Assembly (NCBI GenBank): GCA_934086395.1
Contig: CAKOIE010000002.1
Span: forward strand, 14,678-78,677
Length of the DNA: 64,000 nucleotides
Direction: 5' to 3'
DNA from: an uncultured Bacilli bacterium
GTDB taxonomy: Bacteria > Bacillota_I > Bacilli_A > RF39 > UBA660
The translations under genes and the position numbers were made by a program. Position 1 is the stretch's first letter; each line of letters starts with the position of its first letter. The notes under the pieces were generated by a model. It was not told the DNA's origin and searched no databases. It worked only from the letters and a program-made list of their open reading frames with translations. This document shows positions 1-10,881 of the stretch, piece after piece.

Positions 1-21
1 TGAAAAAAAGCTTAAAATATA

Positions 22-58
22 AGGACTGATAAAAAATTTCTTACCAGTCCTTTTTTAT
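22..58. terminator. Intrinsic terminator-like hairpin (AAGGACTG..CAGTCCTT) followed by a T-run, just downstream of the Fic gene
   Basis: Perfect 8-bp inverted repeat with a 15-nt loop, then TTTTTTATT. Confidence 0.5.
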
Positions 59-63
59 TATGA

Positions 64-903
64 TTAATTAAACAGCTCTTTCATTATTAAATCTTTTGAT
101 TGTAAATTATTATTTTTACCTAATAATAGATTTTCATAAAACTTAATTAAATAACTATTATCTTCCCTAACATTTTTTTCATTATTAAAATAATTGCTTC
201 TTACTAATGCATTTCTAAAATAAACAGATTTATCTTTGAATAAAGTATTATCAACTTGATATCCTAAACTAACCAAATATTTTATGATAAATATAGCTGT
301 TGTTCTAGTATTACCTTCTCTAAATGGATGAGTTTGCCATATTCTTGAGGAAAAATCTGCAATATTATTAATAATTTCAACAATATTCATTTCTTTGTAA
401 TTCTTAACTCTTTCTAAAGAAATATCATATTCTAGTGATTCTTTTAAAGTTTTACAATCACCATACAAAGCTGAATCATTATTAAGTATTAATTCATGTT
501 TTGAAAAAATTATTTTTCTAAATTGTCCAGCAAAATCGTATATATCTTTAAACAAATATCCATGAATATATTTTAGAAAATTCACTGATAATACAAACTT
601 TTCATCTTCTAAAATTTGCACCATTCTTGTTGATACTAAATCACATTCTAATTCATTATGATTTATAGCATTTATTTTTTCTTTTTCAATATAATATTCT
701 TTTAATTCATGTTCAACTTCATAAATAATTTTTTCACCCTTTATATTTTCTTCTACTAATTTCTTTAAATACTTTGAAGGTTTTAAACTATCTACTTCTT
801 GAAGACCAATAGCAGCATCCCATTGTAATTGTTTTACATAATTTAGAGAGCATTTTTCTTCTATGTAATTATTAACACTTGAATCTAAATCTTTTTCAGA
901 CAT
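64..903 (-). CDS. Fic/DOC (Fido) family protein
   Basis: Fic motif HPFREGNTRTT near the C-terminus. Separated by 14 nt from the RhuM gene upstream. Confidence 0.75.
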   Translation of the reverse strand: MSEKDLDSSVNNYIEEKCSLNYVKQLQWDAAIGLQEVDSLKPSKYLKKLVEENIKGEKIIYEVEHELKEYYIEKEKINAINHNELECDLVSTRMVQILEDEKFVLSVNFLKYIHGYLFKDIYDFAGQFRKIIFSKHELILNNDSALYGDCKTLKESLEYDISLERVKNYKEMNIVEIINNIADFSSRIWQTHPFREGNTRTTAIFIIKYLVSLGYQVDNTLFKDKSVYFRNALVRSNYFNNEKNVREDNSYLIKFYENLLLGKNNNLQSKDLIMKELFN

Positions 904-917
904 AGTTACGTCTCCTA

Positions 918-1895
918 TTATTTTTCTATTTCAGATACTTCTTTATTTAATATATCTAAATAATCTCTTTCCGCTATTGTTAAATGATTTTGCATATATT
1001 TATCATATTCTTTATGAGCCTTTTCTAAAGCCTTTTTATGAGATATTGTTCCAGAATTACTTAAAATATCTTTTCTAGTCATTTTTAAAAAAGTATCTAG
1101 TTCATTTACCCAATCTTGCATAGTCATTGGACGCCTATCTAAAGCATTTAATTCAGCTACATCTAAATAAGCTGATACCATTCTATTTAAAATATTAAGT
1201 TCTTCTTCAGTTAAGTAATTTTTTGCAATTTCCGTTTCACTTTTTGTTGGATATTTTCCTTTAAAATTGGTAAGTCCTAAATTTTCTTTTTCAGAATCAA
1301 CACGAGTAAATATCAATTCAGCAGCTGTATGTCCATGAGTTGCATAATGCATTTTATTTTGAACAGTTTTAAAGAAATCGATAGATAATTTATTTTTAGG
1401 ATCATAATCAATACTTGTTGCATATATGTCTAATACTTTTCTCCAAAATATTTTTTCAGAAGATCTAATATCACGAATTCTAGCAAGTAATTCTTCAAAG
1501 TATGGACTTTCCCCATTATTCTTTAGTCTTTCATCATTTAAAGTAAATCCTTTAATCATATACTCTTTTAATACTCTAGTAGCCCATATTCTAAATTCAG
1601 TAGCCTTTTTAGAATTTATCCTATATCCAACAGCAATAATTGCATCTAAATTATAATGTGAGACATTATATTTTTTACCATCTTTGGCAGTTGTCAAAAA
1701 ATCTTTGACAACTGAATTTTTATCAAGTTCTTCTTCTTTAAATATATTATTTATATGATAACTAACGTTCTGCTTTGTAGTTCCATAAAGATTAGCCATT
1801 ACATCTTGACTCATCCAAATATCTTCATTTTCAATGCTAACATCAACTTTAACATTTCCATCTTTTGATACATATATAATCATATTATTTTTCAT
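918..1895 (-). CDS. RhuM family (virulence/antirepressor-like DNA-binding) protein
   Basis: N-terminal 'IYVSKDGNVKVDVSIENEDIWMSQDVMANLYG' and 'AVGYRINSKKATEFRIWATRVLKEY' are typical RhuM signatures. Confidence 0.75.
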   Translation of the reverse strand: MKNNMIIYVSKDGNVKVDVSIENEDIWMSQDVMANLYGTTKQNVSYHINNIFKEEELDKNSVVKDFLTTAKDGKKYNVSHYNLDAIIAVGYRINSKKATEFRIWATRVLKEYMIKGFTLNDERLKNNGESPYFEELLARIRDIRSSEKIFWRKVLDIYATSIDYDPKNKLSIDFFKTVQNKMHYATHGHTAAELIFTRVDSEKENLGLTNFKGKYPTKSETEIAKNYLTEEELNILNRMVSAYLDVAELNALDRRPMTMQDWVNELDTFLKMTRKDILSNSGTISHKKALEKAHKEYDKYMQNHLTIAERDYLDILNKEVSEIEK

Positions 1896-2500
1896 AAATT
1901 AACCATCCTTCCCATATTATTTCCAACTTCTTTTCCATTTTCTAAAATATTACTAATAAATTCATTCATTGTACAATCATATGTAGGATTAGTATATTCA
2001 TAAATATGCAAACAATTTAGAATTTCTTTATTTATGACATTTCTTTGTTCATTATATTCAATATGTTTATTTCTTTGATAATCAATAGCATCTTGATATG
2101 TTTCAAATTCATATATTCCTCTATTTTTAAAATCAGAATGTTCAAAATAATAGTACTTTCCATCTTTTTCAAACACTAAATATGTATGCATTGAATATGA
2201 ATTATTAAAAGGAAGCTCAAACATTATATAAAATGTTTTAAAATTGTAGTTATGATTATTAAACCAATCTCTTTCTAATTCAACTTGGTCAAAGCAATGT
2301 CCATATCTAACTTTAATTAATCTTTCAGGACTAGATAAACGCCAATTTGTTTGACACCCTTGTTGAAATTCTTGATTATTCCAAGGACCATATATTTTTT
2401 CATTATCATCAACAAATCCATATTTTATATTTTCATCCATATATTTTAATAATTGTTCTGGTGTTTTAATATCATTATATTTCATTAGTATATCCTCCAA
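1892..2500 (-). CDS. Hypothetical protein, first gene of the putative 3-gene operon with RhuM and Fic
   Basis: Overlaps the RhuM start by 4 nt. Contains a Cys/His-rich motif RYGHCFDQ. No confident family assignment. Confidence 0.5.
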   Translation of the reverse strand: MEDILMKYNDIKTPEQLLKYMDENIKYGFVDDNEKIYGPWNNQEFQQGCQTNWRLSSPERLIKVRYGHCFDQVELERDWFNNHNYNFKTFYIMFELPFNNSYSMHTYLVFEKDGKYYYFEHSDFKNRGIYEFETYQDAIDYQRNKHIEYNEQRNVINKEILNCLHIYEYTNPTYDCTMNEFISNILENGKEVGNNMGRMVNL

Positions 2501-2805
2501 GTAAATAGTACCAAATTTATATATAAAAGTCTTTAATTTTAAATAACTAATTACAATAAAATTTACTATTTAAAACAATTAATGCACTATAAATATCAAC
2601 AATTCTAAAACATTATAATGCAAATCAATTCCTTATAAATGTATAATTATTTTCTAGCTATAATAACAACTTTTAAGTTAATGACATTATCTACACATTT
2701 TATTCAAGTATGCATTAGTTGTTAAGTTTTTCTTAACAACTGAATTATAAATTATTTTGTTTTCATAAGCCAAACATTTCATAGTAAATTTACACCATCT
2801 TAGCA

Positions 2806-3477
2806 TTACTTACACATATTACTTTTAAAATTTAAATTATAATCTCCAATATAAATATCTTTATTACCATCTATCGTATTACATTTAATTAATGTAATAT
2901 TCTTATCTTTATTTTTAAATATAATTGTTCCACCATCTTTTAAAATAGATTGCTTATTTAATAAGTTAGTAATATTTTCAATTGACTTATCCACTACCTC
3001 AGTACTATTAATTATATTTTTTCTTAAAGATGTTTGTTTTTTATTTTCAACAATAAATAATTCACTAACGTTTTCTGCTAAATAGATAGTTCTATTATCA
3101 AATTTTAAATATTCTTTAAAATTAATATTTTTATCATTATTTTCCGAAGATACTTTTAAATCAATATCTAAACTATTAGTATTATAAGGTCCACCTTGTT
3201 CAAACTTAATATATTTAGAATCAATATTAGCTTTTTCTAAAAATTCATTTTGTTTTAATTCACTATTATCAATTAAGTTAACTACAATAATATTATTTTC
3301 TTCATCTAAATAAAAAGCACCTAAATTAGATCTATCTACACTACTATCGTCAAAATAATTACCAACCGCACTATAAGTATCTTGTAAATTTGTTGGTTTT
3401 TGTACACTTTTATTACCACAACCAAACGTAACTAAAGTTAAAATTGAACATAAAACTAAAATACATATTTTTTTCAT
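2806..3477 (-). CDS. Putative lipoprotein
   Basis: Signal peptide with lipobox-like LVTFGC. Confidence 0.55.
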   Translation of the reverse strand: MKKICILVLCSILTLVTFGCGNKSVQKPTNLQDTYSAVGNYFDDSSVDRSNLGAFYLDEENNIIVVNLIDNSELKQNEFLEKANIDSKYIKFEQGGPYNTNSLDIDLKVSSENNDKNINFKEYLKFDNRTIYLAENVSELFIVENKKQTSLRKNIINSTEVVDKSIENITNLLNKQSILKDGGTIIFKNKDKNITLIKCNTIDGNKDIYIGDYNLNFKSNMCK

Positions 3478-3598
3478 TTAATATCCTTTCTATAATTCTT
3501 AGCACTACTAAATTACAACACAAGCATAACATATTTTTTTAAATAAAAAAATTAATTTAACAATAATATACTTAAAAAGTAGCTCATACGGCTACTTA

Positions 3599-6007
3599 CT
3601 ACTCGCTTCTTAAAGCATCAACTGGATTCTTTTTACTTGCCATCTTAGATGGAATAAGTCCTGCTATAACATTTAATAAAACACTAAGTAAAATCATTAT
3701 AACACCTTGTATTAAAGGTAAACTGAAATTAAGATTAACTTTAACTAATGTTTTTAAAATAATATTAATTGGTATAGACAACAATACTGATATACCTACA
3801 CCTAACACTCCAGCAATAACACCTTCAATAATAGTTTCAGATTTAAATACTCTTGAAATATCTTTTCCACTAGCACCAAGTGCTTTTAAAATTCCAATTT
3901 CTTTTGTTCTTTCAAGTACACTAATATAAGTAATAATTGCAATCATTATACTAGAAACAATTAAACTTACACTAACTACACCAATTAAAACTGCACTTAC
4001 TCCACTTACAATTGATGAAAGTTCAGTAAGAATTATTTTATTTTCATCACTATAAACTATTTTTTTATTTGTATTACCTTTATCTAATTGTTCCTTATTA
4101 TAGTTATCAATATATTCCTTAATTTTATTTTTAGAATCAAAATCTTTCGGAACGATACTAATACCTTCCGGATTATCTATATCTAATGAATTTAATAAAA
4201 GCATATTTCTATCATAAGTAGTATAAACATTATCAAATTTATCTCCACTAAAGACATCTATATCTTTATTCTTAATTTGTTCTTTAACTATTTCACTATC
4301 ATTTATATGCTGAACAAATTTTTTAAATAATTCTTCACTATAATATATATAAGAATCAGCATATTCACTATTATCATCTTCACTTGTATATTTAAGAATA
4401 CCAACAATATTTAAGTCAATTCCTTTCGTAATTAAATCATTCATATATTCCTTATCATTAAGTTTATTTATGTATTTTTCACCAACTTTTTGATATATAT
4501 CAGTATTATAAATTAACTTATATTTTAATTTTAAAAATGTATCATATGTATATGTTGTAGATTCGACTTTTTCATTTTTATTAATTAAATCTAAAACATT
4601 GTCCTTATCTTTAAGATATAAATAATATAGTACTGAATCATTAATTATTCCATCACTAGGAACTAATAATACCATATCATTTTCAGTTTCCGGATAATTT
4701 CCAGCCACTAAAGTATATTTATCATTTTCTTTTAAATAGTCAAAATTAATCTTATTAAATTTAATACCAGAAAAAGAATTTTTTAACCCATCATCTTCAT
4801 TAACAAATTCTATTAAAGGTTCAGTTATTTTAACAAAATCATCTTTATATTTATAATATATTGGAAGTGTATAATCATATTCATAATCTACATTTTTTGC
4901 ATATTCTTTAATTGAATTATTATTTTCAATATACTTTTTGAAAGATTTTAAATCATTTTTAATATATAATCCATCTTTTTTATTAAAACTTGATACAACA
5001 TCATCGTAAGAACAAATATCACTTTCACATTTATTTTTATCTGAATTAGAGTTGCTAAAATAATTTTCCATATCAAATGTGCTTTGTGAAATCGTTATAG
5101 GAAAATCTTCAAGAGTTTCTTTTTCAAATTTATTAATGTAATTTTTTAATCCTGAATTTAAAATTAACACTAAGCATATTCCTAGTATTCCAATAGATCC
5201 AGCAAAACTTGTTAAAAATGTTCTTCCTTTTTTAGTTAACAAATTTTTTAAAGATAAACTAAGTGTTGTTAAATAAGGCATATTTGTCTTATTAAATTTA
5301 ATTTTAGAACCATCTTCACTATTAGTTATTTTATAACTATTACTATCCCCAACAATTTTTCCATCCTTAAGTTCAATTATTCGATCTGAATATTTATTTG
5401 CTATTTCTTTATTATGAGTAACCATAATAATTAATTTATTTTTAGATATTTCTTTTAAAATATCCATAATCTGTACACTAGTATTTGAGTCTAATGCTCC
5501 CGTTGGCTCATCAGCTAAAATTATGTTTGGATTATTAACTATGGCTCTTGCAATAGCTACTCTCTGCATTTGTCCACCCGATAATTGATTAGGCTTTTTA
5601 TATAAATGATCATTTAATCCAACTTTTATTAATGCTTCGGTTGCTTTAATTCTTCGTTCTTTTTTGTTTATTCTTGATAAAGTTAATGCTAGTTCTACAT
5701 TTTCAAGAACACTTAGATGTGATATTAAATTATAATTTTGAAATACAAACCCAATTTTATAATTACGATAACTGTCCCAATTCTTTTTGGTGAAATTTTT
5801 AGTAGATAAATTATCAATAACTAAATCTCCGCTATCATAAACATCTAATCCACCAATTATGTTTAAAAGTGTTGTTTTTCCACTACCACTTGCTCCTAAA
5901 ATAGATACAAATTCATTTTTTCTAAAAGTTATATTTATATCCTTTAAAACTTGTTGCTTTTCTTCACCTATAATATAACTCTTATAAATATTTTTTAACT
6001 GCAACAT
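3599..6007 (-). CDS. ABC transporter, fused ATP-binding domain and FtsX-type permease (MacB-like)
   Basis: N-terminal Walker A GASGSGKTT, ABC signature LSGGQMQR and Walker B IILADEPT. C-terminal FtsX-like transmembrane helices with a long extracytoplasmic domain between them. Confidence 0.8.
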   Translation of the reverse strand: MLQLKNIYKSYIIGEEKQQVLKDINITFRKNEFVSILGASGSGKTTLLNIIGGLDVYDSGDLVIDNLSTKNFTKKNWDSYRNYKIGFVFQNYNLISHLSVLENVELALTLSRINKKERRIKATEALIKVGLNDHLYKKPNQLSGGQMQRVAIARAIVNNPNIILADEPTGALDSNTSVQIMDILKEISKNKLIIMVTHNKEIANKYSDRIIELKDGKIVGDSNSYKITNSEDGSKIKFNKTNMPYLTTLSLSLKNLLTKKGRTFLTSFAGSIGILGICLVLILNSGLKNYINKFEKETLEDFPITISQSTFDMENYFSNSNSDKNKCESDICSYDDVVSSFNKKDGLYIKNDLKSFKKYIENNNSIKEYAKNVDYEYDYTLPIYYKYKDDFVKITEPLIEFVNEDDGLKNSFSGIKFNKINFDYLKENDKYTLVAGNYPETENDMVLLVPSDGIINDSVLYYLYLKDKDNVLDLINKNEKVESTTYTYDTFLKLKYKLIYNTDIYQKVGEKYINKLNDKEYMNDLITKGIDLNIVGILKYTSEDDNSEYADSYIYYSEELFKKFVQHINDSEIVKEQIKNKDIDVFSGDKFDNVYTTYDRNMLLLNSLDIDNPEGISIVPKDFDSKNKIKEYIDNYNKEQLDKGNTNKKIVYSDENKIILTELSSIVSGVSAVLIGVVSVSLIVSSIMIAIITYISVLERTKEIGILKALGASGKDISRVFKSETIIEGVIAGVLGVGISVLLSIPINIILKTLVKVNLNFSLPLIQGVIMILLSVLLNVIAGLIPSKMASKKNPVDALRSE

Positions 6008-6035
6008 TCTAATAACTCCTAATCATTTATTTTAC

Positions 6036-6629
6036 TTACTTATTTTTTAATTCTTTATTATAAAACACACATTGTTTAAACAAATAATAAATAATTACTG
6101 TAAATAAATCAATACAACACAAGATAATAAAAATATACTCATTAACAAATAAAAAACTAAAAAAAGCTAAAAATACCATAATAAAACAACAATTTCTAAT
6201 TATTAATGCATATTTTAATTTTTCCTCGGTAAATAATTCATCTTTAGTTGAAACCTTATTAACTATTTTAAAAACATAAATTAAAATTATTATAAGAATT
6301 GCAAAAATAACAATTAATAAAACTACTGGTTGATAAATGTTTAACATTGAAAATCCATTAAGCTTAATATTATTAACTAAATTCGTTACTTCTGTTGCAT
6401 CAGAATATCCACAAAAATTTCTTAAAAAAGACATAATTGGTTCATTTGCTAAAATCTCATCAATAGATTTTTCTTTAATAAATAAGTAAATTAATGTACC
6501 TAAATTTGCAACATAAATAGTAAAAAACACAACTAAAGCTATTAATAAATAAACAAATCTTTTTATAGATTTCATATCTTTAATTATATTTTCTTCTTCA
6601 TCTTTTTTAATATTATTTTTCTTTACCAC
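6036..6629 (-). CDS. Membrane protein, hypothetical
   Basis: Multiple hydrophobic helices. Directly upstream of the ABC gene on the same strand. Confidence 0.45.
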   Translation of the reverse strand: MVKKNNIKKDEEENIIKDMKSIKRFVYLLIALVVFFTIYVANLGTLIYLFIKEKSIDEILANEPIMSFLRNFCGYSDATEVTNLVNNIKLNGFSMLNIYQPVVLLIVIFAILIIILIYVFKIVNKVSTKDELFTEEKLKYALIIRNCCFIMVFLAFFSFLFVNEYIFIILCCIDLFTVIIYYLFKQCVFYNKELKNK

Positions 6630-6675
6630 ACTAACTCAAACTCCTATCTACTATAATAATAACATAAACCAAAAA

Positions 6676-8070
6676 TTATATCTTATTATTTCTTATCTCA
6701 TATCTAATATTTTCATCATATCCATGATATAAATTATAATACCTACCAAAATATTCTCCATCTATTTTATCAAACCATACATAATTAGGATACTTATAAC
6801 TATTAACCTCAATTATCTTTTTATCTAAATTATTTTTAATAAAACTATCCCTTTCAACTTCACACCCATAATTTTCAATATTTACATACAAAAGTAAAAC
6901 ATATAAAATAAAACAAAAAATCTTAAACCAAACATAATCCTTAATAATAATCTTATTTATATCTAACACCCTAAACATTAAAATAATAATTAACACATAA
7001 GGTAAAAAGAATAATCTTTCTCCTAAAGGATGTATAAATACTAAAGGTAAAATAACACATACAATTAACAATACTAATTCCCATACATCTTTATTAAACT
7101 TAACTAATTTATATATTAAATAAAAATATAATATCAAATATAAAACATCTACTATAAATATAAAGTAAATATTAAACTTAAATAATCCACATAATATAGT
7201 CAAACATGTTAACATATTAAAAATTATCAACAATAAAGTATTTTTTAATTTACCTTTAAAATATAAATAAGAAAAAACAAACAATATAAATCCATTCAAA
7301 ATAACATTATCATTAATTAAGTTCACAAATATTCCATTAAATAAATTATTACTAATAATTCTAACTAATGAAGATTTATCTTGAGGAATATATCTATCAT
7401 TTAAAGTAGTACCAAATATTAAATTTAGATAACTTGGATGAATAAACATCATAATTGCACCAATAATACTACCAATTAACATAATAATTAGATTAATATT
7501 AACTCTTTTATTTTTAATAAAATATATTAAATTATAAATAAATAAAATCATTAAAGTACCAACAGTTATATTTTCAACGACTAATGAATTAAGTATTGTA
7601 ACAACAAATATTCCAATTTTTTCATACCATTTACTATTAGTTTTTTTATAATACTTCTTAATTAAATAGTATACACTTATAAAAAGTAATGTACTAATCA
7701 TATAATTACTAAATCCACTACCCCAAATTATAACTTGTGTAAATCTATTAATAGGCATTAAAAGTATTAATATTAAGAATATCCACAATGATATTTTTTC
7801 ATTTTTATCAATTAAATATAAAAGTAAAGTACTAACAAATGAAATTACTAATGCTTTAATTAAATGATTATAAGATATAAAAATTGCAACAAAATTCCCT
7901 AACCATCTTCCATTTAAAAATAAATCATTATATATATCTTTAATTGTACTAAAACTTAAACTTTTACTACCCCAATAAAAATCATCACATGAAAAAGGAA
8001 AGAAAAAAGAAAGTAACATTATCAAACAAAACAATATTATATATTTTTTATACTTCTTTAAATAATTCAT
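6676..8070 (-). CDS. Polytopic integral membrane protein (possibly a glycosyltransferase-like or YfhO-like membrane protein)
   Basis: 464 aa with more than 10 predicted transmembrane segments. Family is uncertain. Confidence 0.45.
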   Translation of the reverse strand: MNYLKKYKKYIILFCLIMLLSFFFPFSCDDFYWGSKSLSFSTIKDIYNDLFLNGRWLGNFVAIFISYNHLIKALVISFVSTLLLYLIDKNEKISLWIFLILILLMPINRFTQVIIWGSGFSNYMISTLLFISVYYLIKKYYKKTNSKWYEKIGIFVVTILNSLVVENITVGTLMILFIYNLIYFIKNKRVNINLIIMLIGSIIGAIMMFIHPSYLNLIFGTTLNDRYIPQDKSSLVRIISNNLFNGIFVNLINDNVILNGFILFVFSYLYFKGKLKNTLLLIIFNMLTCLTILCGLFKFNIYFIFIVDVLYLILYFYLIYKLVKFNKDVWELVLLIVCVILPLVFIHPLGERLFFLPYVLIIILMFRVLDINKIIIKDYVWFKIFCFILYVLLLYVNIENYGCEVERDSFIKNNLDKKIIEVNSYKYPNYVWFDKIDGEYFGRYYNLYHGYDENIRYEIRNNKI

Positions 8071-8310
8071 CTACCATCACTACAAATATAGTATCATACT
8101 AATAATTATACATAAACAATTATTTTAATTAATTAAACTTTTTAACAAATAAGACCATTAAAAAAACTTTTTTTAAATAATTAACGAATTTTCATTGATG
8201 AACATTTGTTTTATGTGTATAATAGTAGTTACAAACCAAAAGTAGATAATATATGTAAATTTATTATATTAAATACTTTAATTAAATTTATACAATAAAG
8301 GAGGAAAGTT

Positions 8311-9258
8311 ATGAAAAATGAAATTGTATTATTTAAAAATCAAAATGTAAAACTTGAGGTTAATATGAAAGATGAAACTGTATGGTTATCATTAGATCAA
8401 ATGGCTAAATTATTTGGTAGAGATAAATCCGTTATATCTAGACATATTAAAAATGCATTAGAAGAGGAACTTGATATCTCAACTGTTGCAAATTTTGCAA
8501 CAGTTCAAAATGAAGGCGGCAGAAACGTAACTCGTAATATTGATTACTACAATCTCGACATGATAATAAGTGTAGGTTATCGTGTTAAAAGTCAAAATGG
8601 TGTTATTTTCAGAAAATGGGCTACTAAGATATTAAAAGAATATATGATTAAAGGTTATGCTGTAAATCAAAAGAGATTAGAATATCTTGAAAAAACTGTT
8701 AAATTAATAGATATTGCTGGAAGAATAGATACCAAATTAAAAGAAAATGAAGCCCAAGAAATAATTAAAGTAATAAATAATTATTCTAATGCTTTAGACC
8801 TTCTAGATGATTATGATCATAAAAGAATTATTAAACCAAATGGAACTAAAAATAATAAACAAATCACTTATGAAGATTGTTTAAATATCATTACTAAACT
8901 AAGATTTAGTAATGATAGTGATTTATTTGCCCTTGAAAGAAATCAAGGATTAAAAGAAATTATTGGTGCTATATACCAATCATTTGATGGTAAAGATTTA
9001 TATCCTACTATAGAAGAAAAAGCTGCTAATTTCCTTTACTTAATTATTAAAAATCATGTTTTTATTGATGGAAATAAAAGAATTGCTGCTACTCTATTTA
9101 TATATTTTCTTGAATTCTATAATATCTTATATTTTGAAAATAAACAGATTATAGATAATAATACTCTTGTTGCAATTACTCTCCTAATAGCAGAATCTAA
9201 TCCAAAAGAAAAGAATATACTTACTGATTTAGTAATGAATTTTTTAAACAACAAATAA
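8311..9258 (+). CDS. RhuM N-terminal domain fused to a Doc/Fic toxin-like domain
   Basis: The N-terminus aligns with the RhuM protein at 918..1895 (VWLSLDQMAKLFGR.., SVGYRVKSQNGVIFRKWATKILKEY). The C-terminus has the Doc motif HVFIDGNKRIAA. RBS AAGGAGG 8 nt before the ATG. Confidence 0.7.
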   Translation: MKNEIVLFKNQNVKLEVNMKDETVWLSLDQMAKLFGRDKSVISRHIKNALEEELDISTVANFATVQNEGGRNVTRNIDYYNLDMIISVGYRVKSQNGVIFRKWATKILKEYMIKGYAVNQKRLEYLEKTVKLIDIAGRIDTKLKENEAQEIIKVINNYSNALDLLDDYDHKRIIKPNGTKNNKQITYEDCLNIITKLRFSNDSDLFALERNQGLKEIIGAIYQSFDGKDLYPTIEEKAANFLYLIIKNHVFIDGNKRIAATLFIYFLEFYNILYFENKQIIDNNTLVAITLLIAESNPKEKNILTDLVMNFLNNK

Positions 9259-9314
9259 TACATTATACTTTAGTTTATAAAATTAATTACATAAAAAAAG
9301 GGCCTAACCCCTTT

Positions 9315-10061
9315 TTAAATTTCCTTAATATTTTTAATATCTAATACTTCATTAATACTTGTTTTCTTATTCCCTACTAAATAAACAGTAACTAAACTGT
9401 TATCATAATCAGTAATTCCTATTTTAGTAAATAAACTTTTTAAATCAGTTTCACTTAAACTATCTATGGCAATTAATTTAAAACTATCATCAATCATCTT
9501 ACTTAATTTAACATAATCTAAAATATTATCATAATTGTAATTATTTGAAACTAACACAACCTTTTTCTTACTTTTACCTTTATAAATAGATAAAAATTCC
9601 TTAACATTAATATAATATTTTTCATCAAAATTAATTTTATATAATTCATTGTATTCTTGTTCACTTAAATTATTATCATCCATAAATTTATGTTCATAAG
9701 CAAGTTCTTTACTATTATAAAGAGTCTTCTCTTCCCCATTAATAGTTACAACCAATTTTTTATCATCATATGTTGCAATATATAACTTATTATTTTTAAT
9801 ACTACAATCTAACTTAATAACATTAGAAGAATTATTATATTTATAAGTATTACAATCCTTATATCTTTCTTCATTATTACTAACATTTTTAAAACTAAAT
9901 CTATTATTTGCTAAATTAAGAACATACATATCATTATTTTCTAACAAGTACCAATCATGTCCACCTAATTGTTCACTAGGCATATCACTAAAATCATATA
10001 TAAGAATAGCCCCGACAAATAAGACTGCTAGAATAAGTATAAATATAAAACCTTTTTTCAT
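9315..10061 (-). CDS. Secreted or membrane-anchored hypothetical protein
   Basis: N-terminal signal/anchor sequence. No recognisable domain. Confidence 0.45.
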   Translation of the reverse strand: MKKGFIFILILAVLFVGAILIYDFSDMPSEQLGGHDWYLLENNDMYVLNLANNRFSFKNVSNNEERYKDCNTYKYNNSSNVIKLDCSIKNNKLYIATYDDKKLVVTINGEEKTLYNSKELAYEHKFMDDNNLSEQEYNELYKINFDEKYYINVKEFLSIYKGKSKKKVVLVSNNYNYDNILDYVKLSKMIDDSFKLIAIDSLSETDLKSLFTKIGITDYDNSLVTVYLVGNKKTSINEVLDIKNIKEI

Positions 10062-10077
10062 AAATACCTCTTATCTA

Positions 10078-10881
10078 TTATCTAAATATAAAATATAAAA
10101 TTACGATAACACTAAGTATTATACGATAATATCCAAATATTTTAAAGTCATTTGTTTTAATATATTTAAGTAAGTATTTAATTGCCATTAAAGATACAAT
10201 AAACGCAGTAATCATTCCAACTAATAATATAATTATTTCACTACTTGTAAATACAAACCCAAATTTAAGTATTTTTAATAAAGACGCTCCAGCCATAACA
10301 GGAATAGCCATATAAAAAGTAAAATTAGTAATAGTTGTTCTATCAAGTCCCATTTCTAAACCACCAATAATAGTTGCTCCACTTCTACTAGTTCCAGGAA
10401 TAATAGATAATACTTGAAATAAGCCAACTTTAAATGCATTTAAAAATGATACCTCTTTTATTGTATTTTTCTTTTTATGATTTTCAACTATTATAAATAA
10501 AACACCATAAATAAATAATGTTATTGCAACAGTCCATGGATTATAAAAATGTTCATCTATCCAATCATCAAATAACAATCCAACTATTGCGCATGGTATA
10601 CATCCTACTAATATTTTACACCATAATATAAAAGTATTCTTAGTATCATCTTTAGTTTTATTAAATCCCCAAGGAAATAAATCTTTAAAATAAATAACAA
10701 CAACAGCCATAATAGCACCAAGTTGAATAACAACTTCAAACATTTTCCAAAATTCACTTGATACATCCAATTTAATCAATTCATTTGCTAAAATCATATG
10801 TCCAGTACTACTTATTGGAAGCCACTCAGTAACACCTTCAATTATACCTATAATAATAGTCTTTATAATATTTAAAAACAT
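10078..10881 (-). CDS. uppP: Undecaprenyl-diphosphate phosphatase (BacA/UppP)
   Basis: Conserved N-terminal motif GIIEGVTEWLPISSTGHM and about 8 transmembrane helices. Confidence 0.85.
   Translation of the reverse strand: MFLNIIKTIIIGIIEGVTEWLPISSTGHMILANELIKLDVSSEFWKMFEVVIQLGAIMAVVVIYFKDLFPWGFNKTKDDTKNTFILWCKILVGCIPCAIVGLLFDDWIDEHFYNPWTVAITLFIYGVLFIIVENHKKKNTIKEVSFLNAFKVGLFQVLSIIPGTSRSGATIIGGLEMGLDRTTITNFTFYMAIPVMAGASLLKILKFGFVFTSSEIIILLVGMITAFIVSLMAIKYLLKYIKTNDFKIFGYYRIILSVIVILYFIFR

Noticed and set aside
1426-1656. Short ORFs from the six-frame track lying inside or antisense to larger genes
   Set aside because: The ORFs concerned are 1426..1656, 12253..12438, 13761..13973, 14296..14574, 15783..15998, 16566..16844, 20516..20713, 23143..23562, 30894..31163, 36439..36705, 38743..38961, 44448..44648, 45610..45810, 48173..48361, 52448..52657, 55560..55805, 56718..56906 and 63236..63571. 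All are low-complexity (Leu/Ile/Phe/Tyr-rich), as expected from random AT-rich antisense sequence. None has an RBS and all overlap well-supported genes.
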